A stretch of 64,000 nt of DNA from Camelus dromedarius (Eukaryota). The stretch spans positions 5,146,001-5,210,000 of the forward strand of contig NC_087460.1 of assembly GCF_036321535.1 (NCBI RefSeq), in the 5' to 3' direction. A model generated the notes under the pieces. That model was not told the origin of the DNA. It searched no databases and saw nothing but the letters and a program-made list of their open reading frames with translations. The position numbers and the translations under genes were made by a program. Shown piece after piece: positions 10,861-23,697 of the stretch (positions are counted from its first letter, which is position 1; the number at the start of each line of letters is the position of its first letter).

Positions 10861-13667
10861 ACTGTCTTTCCTGGGCTGCCCTTCTCCATTCACCCTGTCC
10901 TTCCTGTCCTTAGTCATCCAGCAGCCCTGGTCCAGAAATGGCCAGGGTTTCAACGCCCAGCATGATGTGACAGGAACGGGGGCCAGAGCAGGGCACTGCA
11001 GGAGTACGCAGAGGGGACTGAAGCTTGGTTGCCCGGGGGCCCTGGCCTGCTTCACTCATCAGTGACACTTAAACACAGAACAGGGATTGCTGTGACCCTA
11101 GAGCCGCGCTCAGTGAACTCAGGCCTGCCAGTGACCTTGCCTCTTAGAGAAGCAAGGGCAGCTGAGGAGGGGATAGACACATCCTCTTTTCTTCAGCATC
11201 TAGTGAAGAGTGCGAGCCTCTGAGGGTCATAGCCGCCTCGGTCTGGGCAGATGGCGTGGCTGTGGACCAAGAGTGACTCGGTGTTTTCTGAGAGGAAGCC
11301 AGGCTCCTGTCTCTTCTGTCCACCAGGCCACAGTGAGCTGTTTTAAAAGTTTGCTCTCTTTGGAAGCCTTTCTTCAACTCTACGGCTCAGATTTCCGATA
11401 GCAGTGTGTTCCCCAGGGAGGCTCTTGCTGCAGAACAGGCCTCTGAGTTCTCCGGCCTTTGTAGTTGATCCTGCCTGTTTCCCCTATTAGATGAATCCCT
11501 CTCTCCACCCAGCCACCCACTTGCTTATCCATTTATAGGCTACCTGTTTAATGTGCCAGGCGCTTTCCCAGGCAGGGGACTGCAAGGACTCACAAAGATG
11601 GGGCAGCTCCCCAGTAGGCAGTGACCAAGTCATCACTGAATGTAGTCTGAGCAGGTGCACAGAAGATGTGAGATTAACCAAGGATGGAGAGTTTCTCCAG
11701 CAGGTTTATGTCAGAGCTGAGGAAAGAATCTCCTGGCAGGGCTGATCCAGGCCATGATCCTTGGCCTTGTTAGGTCAGGAGAGACAAAAGATGGGGGAGA
11801 AGGATAAGGACCAGATTAGGAGGCAAGAAAGAAGCAGAATCATGTCTAGCAAATTGCACATTAGCATCCTGACAGCAGTGTGTGTGTCTTGTATGTTTGC
11901 CATGGGGGCAGGATGGCAGGTGGTCCAAGAAGTTAAGGCTTGGCTGAAGCTCTCCCAACCGTCTTAGGGGTTCTGAGTTTTGTCCTGGTACCATGGAACC
12001 TGAAACTGACAAACCTGGACCTCATTAGCTCGGTCCCAGCCTGACCTCCACTCCGCCCCACCACGCGAAATAACCTTGGCTTGCATGCTGGGTTGTACTC
12101 TTGACTTATACCAAGGATGGAAAGAAGAAACAGCCAGATGAAGATTATTACTCAAGCACTTGTTTTAAAAGCAGTGTTGAAGACACTGTCTGTTACATTG
12201 ATCATTTCTTTTAAGATGTGATTCTGGGGAAAACAGCTGCTCTCTTAAAGTAGTTGTAGATTCCCCTCTGTGGATGTATTTCTCTCTATATCTGTATCTA
12301 TCTCTACCTACATCCAGATCTGTCTAGGTATATATTCCTTGTCTTGGCAGGGAGAAACTCATGTCATGTTTTCAATAATAAAAATAAATAAAATAAGATA
12401 AATAAAACTAATACTTGCTCATTAAATAAAATTGAGCAAATAGAGGAGAATAGGGGAAAATAAAACAGCCAAAATTATACTACTTAAAACAAACTCAGAT
12501 TAATATTTTGAGTATTTTTAATAGTTTTTTGTACTATGTATAGGCTTGAAATATAGAAGTAACCACATGTGTGTACAACATTGAATCTTGCTGTTTTTCA
12601 AAGATAAATTTAATCTTTACTCACATAGCTAACTTGACCCTCAAGGCTAGCAAATTTACTCTCTTCTCTGTTTTATGGTATTCATTTTCGATTTCCATTT
12701 AAACAACTGTATTTTATTTGTCTTTTACTATAAATCACCTCCAGTCTGTACTACAAATTAAAGAGTTGGTCTTTTCAGGTGGAACAGCATGCTTGATGAT
12801 GGGGACATGGCCTGGGGTGTCCAGCAGCACTGGGGGTGTCTGCAGGGATGCCCAGCCCAGTGTGGGGCTCACCTAGGTGTCTGCAGGAGGTGGGGGGCAG
12901 CAGGAAGTGTGAGCCAGCTGTTGTCAGTTTCACCGAGGCAGGAATTCCCACTGAGGGAGAATCAGAAAGGACGTGGGGGTTGGGGGCTGGGCGACACAGT
13001 AGGTCTTAAGGACACCTGAGAGGGGTAGAGGTGTACTGGAAAGCACGCAGCCATCCCAGTCCTGTATCAGACGTGGGGTTTGGAAAGGTCCCTTTATCTC
13101 CCTGAGCTTTAGCTTCCTGGTTGGTAAAACGTGGATAATAACTCATCCTTTGCAAATTTGGTTTTAGGAGTCAGTGGAGTAACATACATGAAGTGCCTGG
13201 TACACAGAAGATGTAAAACAAACAAGCAAACAAAGATCTATGACTACAATTGCGGCTAGGAGTTGTGGTAGGTGGTGAAGCCAAAAGTCTGGATATTTGA
13301 AGGTCAACTAAAGGGGCTTTGGAATGTTTCAGAAATGCAGTGAATTGAGACCACTTCCTGACACTGCACTTGAACAGGAGGATGAGAAGGGGACTATCTC
13401 CCAGGAGAGTACTGACGAGGCTGTGTCCTGGGGAGATGGAGTTCAAAGCGGAGATGTACGGGGCTTCTCCAGGTGCAGCGCAAACCCGCAGGAAGGTGCA
13501 GGGCGTGGAGGAGGGGGCTGTGGGAGGCAGAGCATCTCTCTCGCTCAGTGGCTTGCTGCAGCAGCGACTTGATTAGGAACCCCACCTCCCCCAGTCCAGG
13601 GCTCAGTCCTCAACTCCACCCTCTGAGGTCTGGGCTCCACAGTGAGTGTCCCAGCTCAGCACCAGGG

Positions 13668-16600
13668 TCAGTCCTTCCTGCCCATCACGCTCTTGATCCA
13701 GTCCACGTAGTTGAGGACTTTGGTGTAGAAGCCGTACCCCTTGCCACATCCGATGCCCCAGGAGACGATGCCCGTGGCCACCCAGTGATGGGCACGATCG
13801 TCCCACACCACAAAGGCACCGCCACTGTCCCCCTGGCACACACCCTGCTGCAGCATCTCACCCCCCGCGCAGAACATGTTGTCGGAAAACACCTCGTTCC
13901 TCCGCTTGTCGCGGAGCCAGGCCTCGCAGGCCTCCCTCGGGGCCACGGGCAGCCGCGAGTATTTCAGCTCCGTGGTCAACCAGCCCATCTGCACGCCGAA
14001 GCCGCTGACGTAGCCCAGCCGGCCGCTGCGGTACAGCGCCTCGCGGGCGGGCAGGCAGACCGGGAGGAGGCTGGGGCCCAGCGGGACGCTGTGCTGGAGC
14101 TCCAGGAGGGCGATGTCCCCGTGGAAGTTGTGGGACTCGTTCTGACGGTAGTCGGGGTGCACGACCACGCGGCGCACCGGGTGGCCGCCCCTCTGCAGCA
14201 TCTCAGCCGCGCTCGTGTGGCCCAGGAACACACCCGCGCTCCGGCTCTTCCCCAGGAAGAAGCCGTCCTTGGGGTAGATGGTGTGGGCGGCCGTGAGGAT
14301 CCATCTGTCGCCCAGCAGGGCCCCGCCCCCGCGGCCGTAGATGCTGGTGAGGGCCTGCCAGGGGAAGTTGCCCGGCTCAGCTCTGGACGCTCCGCGGGTC
14401 TCCCGCTCCTGGGCGATGGGGTTGACAGGCCGCCCACAGACTGGGGGAGAGGAGGGGTAAGGGCGAAAATCAGCAGCTGCATCAAGATGCCTTTATTAAA
14501 AACCTGCTTCTGGGAAACGCTCTTCCTTCTGCCTCCTCGGCCATTTTAAAGCCACTTCTTTAGATTCTTGGTGGGACCGTCTTTGAGCAAAATCATGCAG
14601 CGAGCAGTTTGTCTTAAGTGCCTCCTGTCTGCTTCTGTGTCATTTCTCCATTTTAACATCTCCCAGTACCCCCCCCCCCCCCAACAAAGCACTGTATGAC
14701 CCTGCGCCGAGAACTTTCTGTGGCTCAGAAGTAACACTTGAGAAATGTACTCAGATTGGGCAAGAAGGGCAATGTTTGACTCAAAAAAAATGGGTTTTAA
14801 AAATGGTGGCNNNNNNNNNNNNNNNNNNNNNNNNNNNNNNNNNNNNNNNNNNNNNNNNNNNNNNNNNNNNNNNNNNNNNNNNNNNNNNNNNNNNNNNNNN
14901 NNNNNNNNNNNNNNNNNNNNNNNNNNNNNNNNNNNNNNNNNNNNNACCTAAGAGAACTGTGTGTTTAGACAGAAACTTGTAGACGAATGCTCACAGCTGC
15001 ATTATCTGTAAAAGGTCCAAAGTGGAAACAACCCAAATGTCCCTCAATTGATGAATGGATGAACAAAATGTGGTCTAACCACACAGTGGCATTCTATTCA
15101 GCCATGAAAAGGGATGGGGTCCTGATATATGCTACAATGTGGATGAACCTTGAAAACATTATGGCAAATGAAAGAATGCAGACACAAAGGTCATTGTATG
15201 AATCCACTGCTCTGAGATGTCCAGAGTAGGCAAAGCCATAGAGACAGAACGTGGTTAATGGTTGCCAGGGATGGGGGAGGAGTGAGTTGGAGTTTCTTTT
15301 GGGGCTGATGGAAATGTTCTAGGATTAATGGACACACTAAAAATTACTGGTTTTTACACTTTAAAACAGTGATTTTTATGTTTTATGAATTTTATCTCAA
15401 CAACAAAAATACTTTAAAAATGCAGGGTTTTCTGGCACTGTGGCATCTAGGCAGGGAGATATTTGTGGGACAGAGGCCTTGTCTGTGCATCCTTACAGCA
15501 GACCATACCAAGAGAGGGCTTCCTCTTATTTAAGCACATCTGTCCCTCCTCCCCTTCATTGTCCCATCTGATTAATTTCCTTCAGACTTTAAGTTTCTCA
15601 GTTGTCTCTTGATCCTCCAAAGAGAAGGGATAAGCTCCTTGCTTCTCCTTTTCCAGGCCTTCTTGGCTCCCTTTTTCTTTCTCACCTTCTGCCTTCATCT
15701 CCCCCTTTCTTCTGAGGATTCCTTTAAACCCTGAGTCTTGCGCCCCTGGCCCTGCGCACAGCTGAGGCTCGTCTGGGAAGTGGCCATGATCGTGGCACTG
15801 CAGGTCCCCACTTACCAGGTACACAGCGCGGAACGTCCTCCCCTTCCTGCGTCTGCTTCCAGGGGACCTGGGCGGTGCAGGTGAGGGTCCCTGAGAAGTG
15901 AATGAGGGGGGTAAGCAGACTCAGAATTGGGAGGTGGGGGCTAAAAGAGGCCGCAGGCCCCTTGGTGGGAGTGAGGCAGGTAGGAGCTGGTTCCTTAGCA
16001 GGTAGGGACTCACCTGCTGCCACGGCCTGATAATAGGGTGCCTGGCAGTGGCTCTGGACTTTGGCAGGTTTGTCTCTATGTGTGTTGACGGCCTCAGGGC
16101 CCCCACTGGCCTGGCTGATGGGCTGACTATGATTCACACCTATAGGAAAACAGTGGTTATTAGGACTGAGAACAGATTTGCAGACTGGCAACCCAGGCAC
16201 TGATTCTGGCCTGTGGCCATATTTAGTTTGACTGCAGTTTTTTTTTTTTTTTTAAACAAACACACAGCATTTGAACTATTTTTCACCAATCAGATTGTTA
16301 ATGCTAAAGCAGTTTAAAAATAACTGTGTAAGTAGGGGATGGGAAAACAGGCACTTTCATATATGGTTAGTGGGAGGGAGTGTAAATTAGCAAAACTTCT
16401 TCTTTGTAAGGAAGTTTAGCCATATTAAGATTAAAATTGCAAACATTTTTTCACTTGGCATTTTCGTTTCTAAGAATTTACTCTCATGTATGTGCGCAAA
16501 GATGTATATACGAGTCTATCCAGAGCAGTACTGTTTGTGGGAGCAAAATATCTATCAGTGGAGGACTGATGAAATACACTATGATGCATCAATCAAAGGA

Positions 16601-19600
16601 ATATTATATGGCCATTAAAAAGAAGTAGGCAATGCTAACCATGTGTATATGGGGTGATTTTTAAGTTATATCATTGAATGAAAAATGGCAAATTAAAAAT
16701 ATTATGTAAACACACACACAACACAGTATTTATATTTGAGTGGCCTAGAATGCCTGTGGCAGAAGACCTGGGAAATGGAGAACAGGGTGGTTTCTGGACA
16801 TGGCAGCCAGGGACTAAGGGCAGAGATCAGAGGAAGATTCTTTCTTTTTTGAAAAATTTACCATGTGCTTGTATCATCTGTCAAAAAACCTGGGGTTGAA
16901 ATTTGAAAGTCTGAATTTTTGGCTTCTCTTGAAAAATGAGATGATCTGCAAGTGCCAGGCTTGTAAATCTGCAGGGAAATAGCGGCTGGAGCTGAGATGC
17001 TGCCCCTGAGGGAGCAGGGCCAGGTTGGGCAGGAAGGGGCTGGGACCAGGTGAGCTGGAGCCTCCAGCCTCATCTTCCACCTGCCACTTCAAGATCCCAG
17101 GGGCCACGGCCATGGGCAGAGTCTGCCCTCCCTTACCCCTGGGGGCACACTCACCCACGGCTTGGTAGAGGGCCAGGAAGCCCTTGTGGAGGCCTGGGGT
17201 CCCGTCCTCAGAGGAGGCGGGTGCACGGAAGGTCAGCCGCAAACTGTTTCCCAGGGACACAAACTCCCTGTCACCAGGGGTGCTGCCCAGCGGGGAGCCT
17301 TGCTGCCCACAGAACCGGCTTGGATCCATCCCACTGGCTGTGATCTGAAAGGGGAGCGGGACAGACAGGTGTGGGGTGAATCTGCACCACAGGGGGTCAG
17401 GGTCATGCCACGGGCATGGACCCCAGGCCTGTCTAGAAGGTCTGCACACCCCTGGGGCTTGGAATTCCTACCACCTCATGGGACCTTCCTCAAGTAGCTT
17501 CCTGTTCCATTATTGGCTCCCAAGTTCCTTCCTTTCATGACCAGACAATTAGCCTACCATGTTATCTCATACAGCCGCTATATTTTAAGAATTGAAATGG
17601 AAACTTACAATAACTGGACTAGAAGTTCTAAGAAGGCAGGAATGGCATCTATTTTGCTCACCACTGAGTCCCTGATGCTCAGTGTAGTACCTACAGCACT
17701 GACGCTTTGAATCAAAGACTATCAGATGCAAGTCCCTCCCATCCGGCTTCCTCCACCCCCCCCATCACCTTTTACATCTGAGTGACTTCCTAGGGCCAAC
17801 GCCTGAGAAGCAAGAAGCCCCTCTGCAAAGACTGAGCTCCTGGGGTCCCTGGCCTTCCCTGTTCTCCATTTGCAGTGTCCCTCCTCTTACCCCACAAACT
17901 GTAAATGAAGCCCCCATAAGGTGTGGAATCTAAGGACACAAAATATACACAGTGTGGGTACACTGGCCAGTGTTGCCTAACTTAAATCAAATCCCTGCTC
18001 AAATCCCTTCTGCGGGTTCCCCAGGGAAGGGCACCCTGGAAGGAGTTCCCCTGGCTCGCCTTTCATAATCTCTCTTCTGGGGACACAGCTCACTGCTCAG
18101 CTCATTTGAGTTGTGACTTTAATGTTGATCAACATATCCTGAGTTCTTGCTCCGTCTTCATTTCTTTGTTCTCCCCACATCTCAAATTCCTTTAAGATTC
18201 CATCCAGCCCATCTCACTGTGATCACCTTAACTGGGTTAAAATTGGCGTGAAGAAAATTTCTCAGTCACCCCAAATGCCTAGCTTCGGCACATCTGTTCT
18301 TTTCCTTAGCATGTCAACAAATCTAAGTCCCCGTATTTAAGAGGCCTACCTCTTGGGGAAGAAGCATTTTGCTCCAGGAAACTGTCTTTTCCTGATAAAC
18401 TTGGTTGTTAAACCCTCCGGTTTTCTTTTTACCCTTTCTCATGAGTTGTTGGTTAAATAAAGTCACTTAGGAGTCTAACTAGCAAAGCAGAGTGACATAG
18501 GGAGTTTCTAAACCTCCCCGGGTCTCAGTTTCCTCTCCTGTAAAATGGTCTGTGAGGCGCCTTCCAGCCAGGACAGCGCCCCGTCCTATGGCAGCTCTCT
18601 GGTTTCTGCAGGAAGAGCAGTGTGGAGGAAGATACCAAGTACCCGCTCATTCAGAATGCGTGGTGTTGTGCATCCCACACACACGGCAAGCTTAGACTTC
18701 ATTCATTCTTTCCTTTATTCCTTCAACAAACAGTAATTGACTAGTTCTACGTGTGAGAGACTGTGCCAGGTGCTGGGGACACGGGTGTGAACAAGACACA
18801 CTTCTGTTACGGAGGAGCCCAGAGCCTGGCTGAGGATACTGACAAGCAAAAGATGGACTAGATTACAGCGTAGATTACAGTGTGCTGGATTCTGCATTCG
18901 AGGGGTGTGTGTGTGTGTGTGTGTGTGAGATTTGCTCTGGAAGCAGAGAGGAGGGAACAATCTTATTTCTGAGCTTGAGCTCTCTCAGTGACAAGGGGAG
19001 GGTCAGACTGGGATGAACATTGTCCATGACTAAGAACAGGGCACAGGGAGGTGCTCAAGGACTCAGGATGAGTTGAATGGAGTCCTGGATTCTGGTTAAG
19101 TCTGAAGAAATAAATACACACATTTATCTCCTTTCCTACCTCAAAACCCACTCACATGACAGTAGAGGGGTAAAAATGGATCTGTGGTCAAGGATCAGAG
19201 GGACAGCAGCTGAGAGATGTCCACAACGCCTGGAAGGTGGAATGGAGGCGGACACATGGTAATGTGTCTTGGTGAGGGGGACAGAAAGCAGGAGGTTCCG
19301 ATCACAGACCCCCACGAAGTGTCAGAACTGGGGTAACCAGGAACCTGTAAGTTTCCTCTAAGGAAACTGGCTCTCGCCAAAGAAAACCCTTCTGCTGCCA
19401 ACATGTGGGAGGCGCCCGCATCACATCTGGATCACCTTGTTGATAACCCGATTTTCAAACCTGTCATTTGACAGATTTCAGCTATCCACACAGAGCATCC
19501 AAGAGCTTCCTGCACGTCACTCTTAAATAGGAATGGACAGCCAATTTTTATCAGGCATTGTAGGAAAGTCTCCAAGATGAGAAGCAGAGGCCAAAACTCA

Positions 19601-22479
19601 TGAACAGTCAAAAGGAACTTGATGAAGCAGAGATAATACGGGGAGCAGAGAATCGTTTTAAAATAATCCCAATAGAGGGAGAAGGGTAGATCGTGCCTCT
19701 ACGAAACAAGAACAGGATTCCATAAAAAGGCACACTTAGAAAATAAGAATGGGCCTTTAGACATGAAAAGTATGTTAGCAGAAAAAAATTAATTGAAAAG
19801 TTGGTATTTAAAATGAGGAAATCTCCCACAAAGTGGAACAAAAAGAAGAAAAACAAAACAGAAAAGATAACAAAATTAGAGAATATGTCTAGAACCTAAC
19901 AACAGCGAAATGAAAGGAGTTCCAGAAAGAGAAAATAAAGTAGATGTCTGGAAATTATTGAAAAATTACTCCAAGAGGCAGGGAGGGTGTAGCTCAGTGG
20001 CAGAGGACATGCTTAGCATGTATGAGGTCCTGGGGTCATTCCCCAATACCTCTGTTAAAAAAATAAACCTAATTACCTCCTGCCACACCAGAAAAAAAAA
20101 AGTAATAAAATTATACAATAATAAATAAATAAAATATTTAAAAAATTAGTACAAGAGTATTCCCAAATTGAAGGTCTCGATTAAAAGAATGTCTGGATTG
20201 AAACTTTGTACAATAAATACAAAATGACCAGACTGGCATAAGTCATATCATGAGAGTTCAGAATACTGGTAACAAAGAAAAAATGCCAGAAGTTCTAGAG
20301 AGAAAACACTAAAGATCAGGGTTCATAACAACACTAGTGCCAGAAGCTTACAATGTCATCAAAATTCTGAAAGAGAATGACTTCCAACCTAGCATGTAAT
20401 CAGATCAACTCTCCGTCAAGTGTGAGGGGAGAACTAAGACACGGAGGGTATGTAAGGTCCTCGAAAATGCACTCCCTCCTTCCCTTCTGGGAGGAGAAGG
20501 TGCTCCTCCAACAAGAGGGAGTAAACCAAGAAAGAGCGGAAGGTGGGACTCAGCTCCGACACAAGGCAGGAAAGGGAACCCCCAGAACCAGGGGGAAGGG
20601 AAGTCCCAGCAGTGGGAAGGCTTTGAAAGCAAAGAACTCAGACTTAAGAAATAGGTCACCAAGAGATCTTCTGGGGGGGGATGTCCCCAATGAAAAGGAG
20701 GACTAAGAGATGGAGATTTGTACTTGAAGATGTCAAGAGAGTCACTCTCTGGGCTAAGAGTTTGGGGAGATTTTTTTACAGAGAGAACTAAGCAAACCCA
20801 AAATCAAAACAAAAACACAAAAAACCCCAAAGAACACTATGTAATTATTGACTCCTGGGAAACCCAGAAGTTGGAGAAGAAAGGAAATTGTACACCATGG
20901 GCTCAGTGTGAACATCTTAAAGTTATCATCCTGTAAATAATGAATATAGATTAACTAAAAATGATAATGTAGGTAAAGTGAGAGGTTGAGGGAGGAGAAC
21001 TGTGTGAAGTGAAGGTCCAAGAGAGAGAAAGCTAGTCCTCATCAGTTACCATTGGAAGTTAATAGATAAGTTATTTATACTTACGAAAATAAATACCAGA
21101 TGAAACAGTGGCATGAACCATGACTGCCCTGGGAGGCAGCAGTGGGGGCTGGAGGCCACTGGCTTTCTTTATAAGCCGTGTAATTCATACTCTGATTGTT
21201 AAAAAAGATTGTGTGCATGCATTACTTCGATACAGATAAAATTTAAATTAAAAGATGCTGTGAAGTGCTTTTTCTAAAGTGTCCTTATTTTGACTAATGC
21301 CCCTGTCATGTGAATTGTGACAGCCCCTCTAAGGGGGACTGGAACAGTCACCTAATCTTTTGTTATTATTTACCTCCAGAATCCTAACCGGACAGAGTTA
21401 ACTCAACAAATGCTCAAAGATGCATTTTTAACAACTGACATGTGAGTACTTGCTGTTTACCCTAGGGGTCGGCACTATTTGTGTGTCCCCTTGAAAGACT
21501 TCAAAAAGCAGGGCCTAACCTGCTGCCCTCTCCCCTGTGGGCAGGGGTGTAAGGCAGGGACGGGGCTGCCGATGGGGGGCTGGGCACCAGGCAGACCTGT
21601 CCTCCCAGGCAGGCTTCGGGATTCCGATTCTGGGCACCGCCACCTCCCACTGCCCCTGGGCGCCAGGCTGGAAGGCTCCCTCCCCGGAGTCCCTCCGGGA
21701 TCCCACCCAGCTCACTGTGACAGAGTCCCCCTCACAGTCTGGGGACAGCTCCAGGTCAAAGTCCTGGAAGATGAGTCTCACGACAAAGCCCTCTGGAGCC
21801 TCGATGTCCGTGGAGCTCTCTTGACCTTTGACATAGGGCTCTGGGTACCCGGGGGACGTCAGCTTCTGGGGCAGTCGCTGGGCCAAGAGCACGGAGCCCT
21901 GTGTGGAGCAAGCCTGGAGGACTCCCCAGAGGAGCAGCCACCACTTGTGAGCGGGTGAGGGCAGAGGGGGCCACACTGCTGAGGCCTGGGGCCTGTGGAG
22001 ACATGAGTGGGGCAGGCAACGCTAAGGGACGAGGGGCCTGGCTTAGGATCTGCAGCTGTGGCCTCAGGCCCTGAGACCTGGGCACTTCTGGCTGCTCCCT
22101 AATTATTGCCCCCGCCCTTCGCCCCAGTTCCTGGTCAGCCTGAGCTCAGACTGTGAGTTTTTCACCATCGCCCATCTCCCTGGAAAGTCTCATCCAAAGC
22201 AGGGGCTGCTTTCTGCTTCACCCAACCCCATCCCCACCTGGGGAGGGACCATTAAATATGAGAGTTTCCTGGCCCTGTGAGTGTGTGTGTGTATGTATGT
22301 GTGCGTGTGTGTGCGTGTGTGTGCGTGTGTGCCCGTGCGCTCCCCTGCATCTGGCCCGGCTGCCCGTCCCCGTCCCCACCCTTCTTTCCAGCCCTTCCAG
22401 GCACACTCACATCTTGCCCGGGGAAGCATGTGGAGGGGGGCTTCCCCAGAGACAGTTCCCCCTCGCTGAGACTGGGCAT
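13668..22479 (-). CDS. C1RL: Complement C1r-like protein (CUB, partial CCP, serine protease domain), about 486 aa
   Basis: join(complement): 22411-22479, 21716-21943, 17155-17344, 16014-16139, 15816-15890, 13668-14440 = 1461 nt in frame. WWLLLWGVLQAC signal region, CUB (FCGQQGSP), VCGRPVNP..GNFPWQ, TAAH, DIALL, CQGDSGG; no R-IIGG activation site. Start codon and exon-2 acceptor are uncertain (see findings). Confidence 0.93.
14946..15420 (+). mobile_element. Old L1 (L1M-type) 3' fragment
   Basis: AAAGTGGAAACAACCCAAATGTCC..TCAATTGATGAATGGAT..AACAAAATGTGGT...TGGATGAACCTTGAAAACATTATG, characteristic of an L1 3' end. Confidence 0.8.
16260..16760 (+). mobile_element. Old L1 (L1ME-like) 3' fragment
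   Basis: GGGAAAACAGGCACTTTCATAT...GGGAGTGTAAATTAG...GTTTCTAAGAATTTAC...AAAGGAATATTATATGGCCATTAAAAAGAA. Confidence 0.65.
18700..18960 (-). mobile_element. L2 LINE 3' end containing a (TG)n tract (about 18903-18927)
   Basis: TTCATTCATTC...CAACAAACAGTAATTGA...TGTGCCAGGTGCTGGGGACAC...AACAAGACA. Confidence 0.6.
19500..21200 (+). mobile_element. Decayed L1 ORF1/5' region, interrupted by a SINE at about 19980
   Basis: A-rich sequence with ORF1-like remnants (GGAGTTCCAGAAAGAGAAAAT; AAAATTCTGAAAGAGAATGACTTCCAACCTAG). Confidence 0.55.
19980..20105 (+). mobile_element. tRNA-Ala-derived SINE (Vic-1 type, camelid)
   Basis: GGGAGGGTGTAGCTCAGTGG..ATGCTTAGCATG..GAGGTCCTGGG..CCCCAATACCTC followed by an A-rich tail with AAACCTAATTACCTCC. 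Confidence 0.85.
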
Positions 22480-22720
22480 CTGGAATCAGACATCTGAGCC
22501 CTGAGAGGACTTGGCCCAGGCCAGGGAACAGGAAGTGGGGCTGGAGAAGGCCGTGGGGGAGGAGGGGAAGTTACTGGAAATGTATTGGGTAACTGGCCGC
22601 AGTTCCCTTTTTCTAAATCGTTGGGTTGAGCGCCACCTGCTGTCTGACTCAGGACTAGCTCGCCCACTGCAACTCAGAGGAAAAACCTGGCCAGAACCAT
22701 GCTGGCCCTCAGAAGAGAGC
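22480..22720 (-). promoter_or_regulatory. C1RL 5'UTR and promoter
   Basis: Upstream of exon 1. ETS-like CAGGAAGTG near 22530, STAT-like TTACTGGAA near 22571-22579, CTCF-like ACAGCAGGTGGCGC at 22630-22643 (minus). Motif matches only. Confidence 0.5.
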
Positions 22721-23059
22721 AGGGGTGGGAGGCACTGACTACTGACCTATGCACCATTTAAAACTAACTTTTACCATGCATTTGTCACACACGGTAGCAT
22801 AGCTCCTTGTGAGTGAGGCTGTCTGTCGCCTTTCATTGGCCAGACCTGTCCCTCCCTGACCTCTCCGCTCAGTCCCTGACCGGCCTGCCTCCTGTAGAAA
22901 CTGCAGTTTGCCGCCCTACCTTCCGCCCCCTCACCAAGCAGGGCGGGGGGCACTCACTTGGGTCGTCTCTGAATCCTGCCCACAACTCTGGACGCTGCTT
23001 GTCCAGCAGGGTCAGGCCGGCACAGGGCGGGGATCAGGCCCAGTCTGAAGCTTCTTTAG

Positions 23060-23375
23060 GCAAATACCAGGGCCGAGTCTCTGGGCAGAGGCTGCCCTCC
23101 CTGAACCCCCAGGAGGGACACTTGCCCACAGGTTGGTAAGGGGCCAGGAAGCCCTCGTGGAGGCCGGGGCTCTTGTCCTCAAAAGTCAGCCGCAAATTGC
23201 TCCCCAGGGACACAGATTCCCTCTGACCAGGGATCTGGTGGCGGGGTCAGGGGTGGGGGTTTGGGGTGTGCCCACTGGGGAGCCTTACTGCTTCTCTGTA
23301 CCCCTGGAGGTCACAGGGTCACGTCCTGGGGTGGACTCCAGCTTGGTCTAGAAGGTCTGCACCCCTCTGGGGTTC
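23060..23375 (-). pseudogene. Degenerate duplicate of C1RL exon 3 with flanking intron
   Basis: Aligns by eye with 17095-17460. Reads Q*GSPVG..PGQRESVSLGSNLRLTF-EDKSPGLHEGFLAPYQPVG versus QQGSPLGSTPGDREFVSLGNSLRLTFRAPASSEDGTPGLHKGFLALYQAVG. Stop TAA at 23285-23287, donor GT>GC at 23124-23125, acceptor half deleted. Confidence 0.88.
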
Positions 23376-23544
23376 AGCGTCATAGCTCACGGTGGCTTCG
23401 TCACACCATTGTAATAATTGTATATACCTTTTCCCTCCCCATTCCACTGCCTGCAAAACCTGCCCTGGGCGGAGGAGAGCTCACCTACTCCAGTGCTCCA
23501 TCTCTTTTAAAAAATTTTTGTCTGTCTTCCAAAAAAATTTTTTT

Positions 23545-23697
23545 AAAACACTTTATTTTTTTTTTATTGTATTACTTAATTACTTCACTTTGGCAGTGGG
23601 GGAGGATTAGGTTTATTTATCTTTAGAGGAGACACTGGGAATTGAACCCAGGACTTCATACATGCTAAGCACGCTCTCTACCACTTGAGCTAGATCT
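23545..23697 (-). mobile_element. tRNA-Ala-derived SINE (Vic-1 type)
   Basis: GGGAATTGAACCCAGGACTTCATACATGCTAAGCACGCTCTCTACCACTTGAGCTA with a T-rich tail. Confidence 0.85.

Noticed and set aside
13668-14440. Apparent frameshift in the C1RL last exon, suggested by ORFs starting at 14231 and 14485
   Set aside because: Manual reading from the acceptor at 14440 is continuously in frame to the stop at 13668; the ORF track simply starts at an internal GTG.
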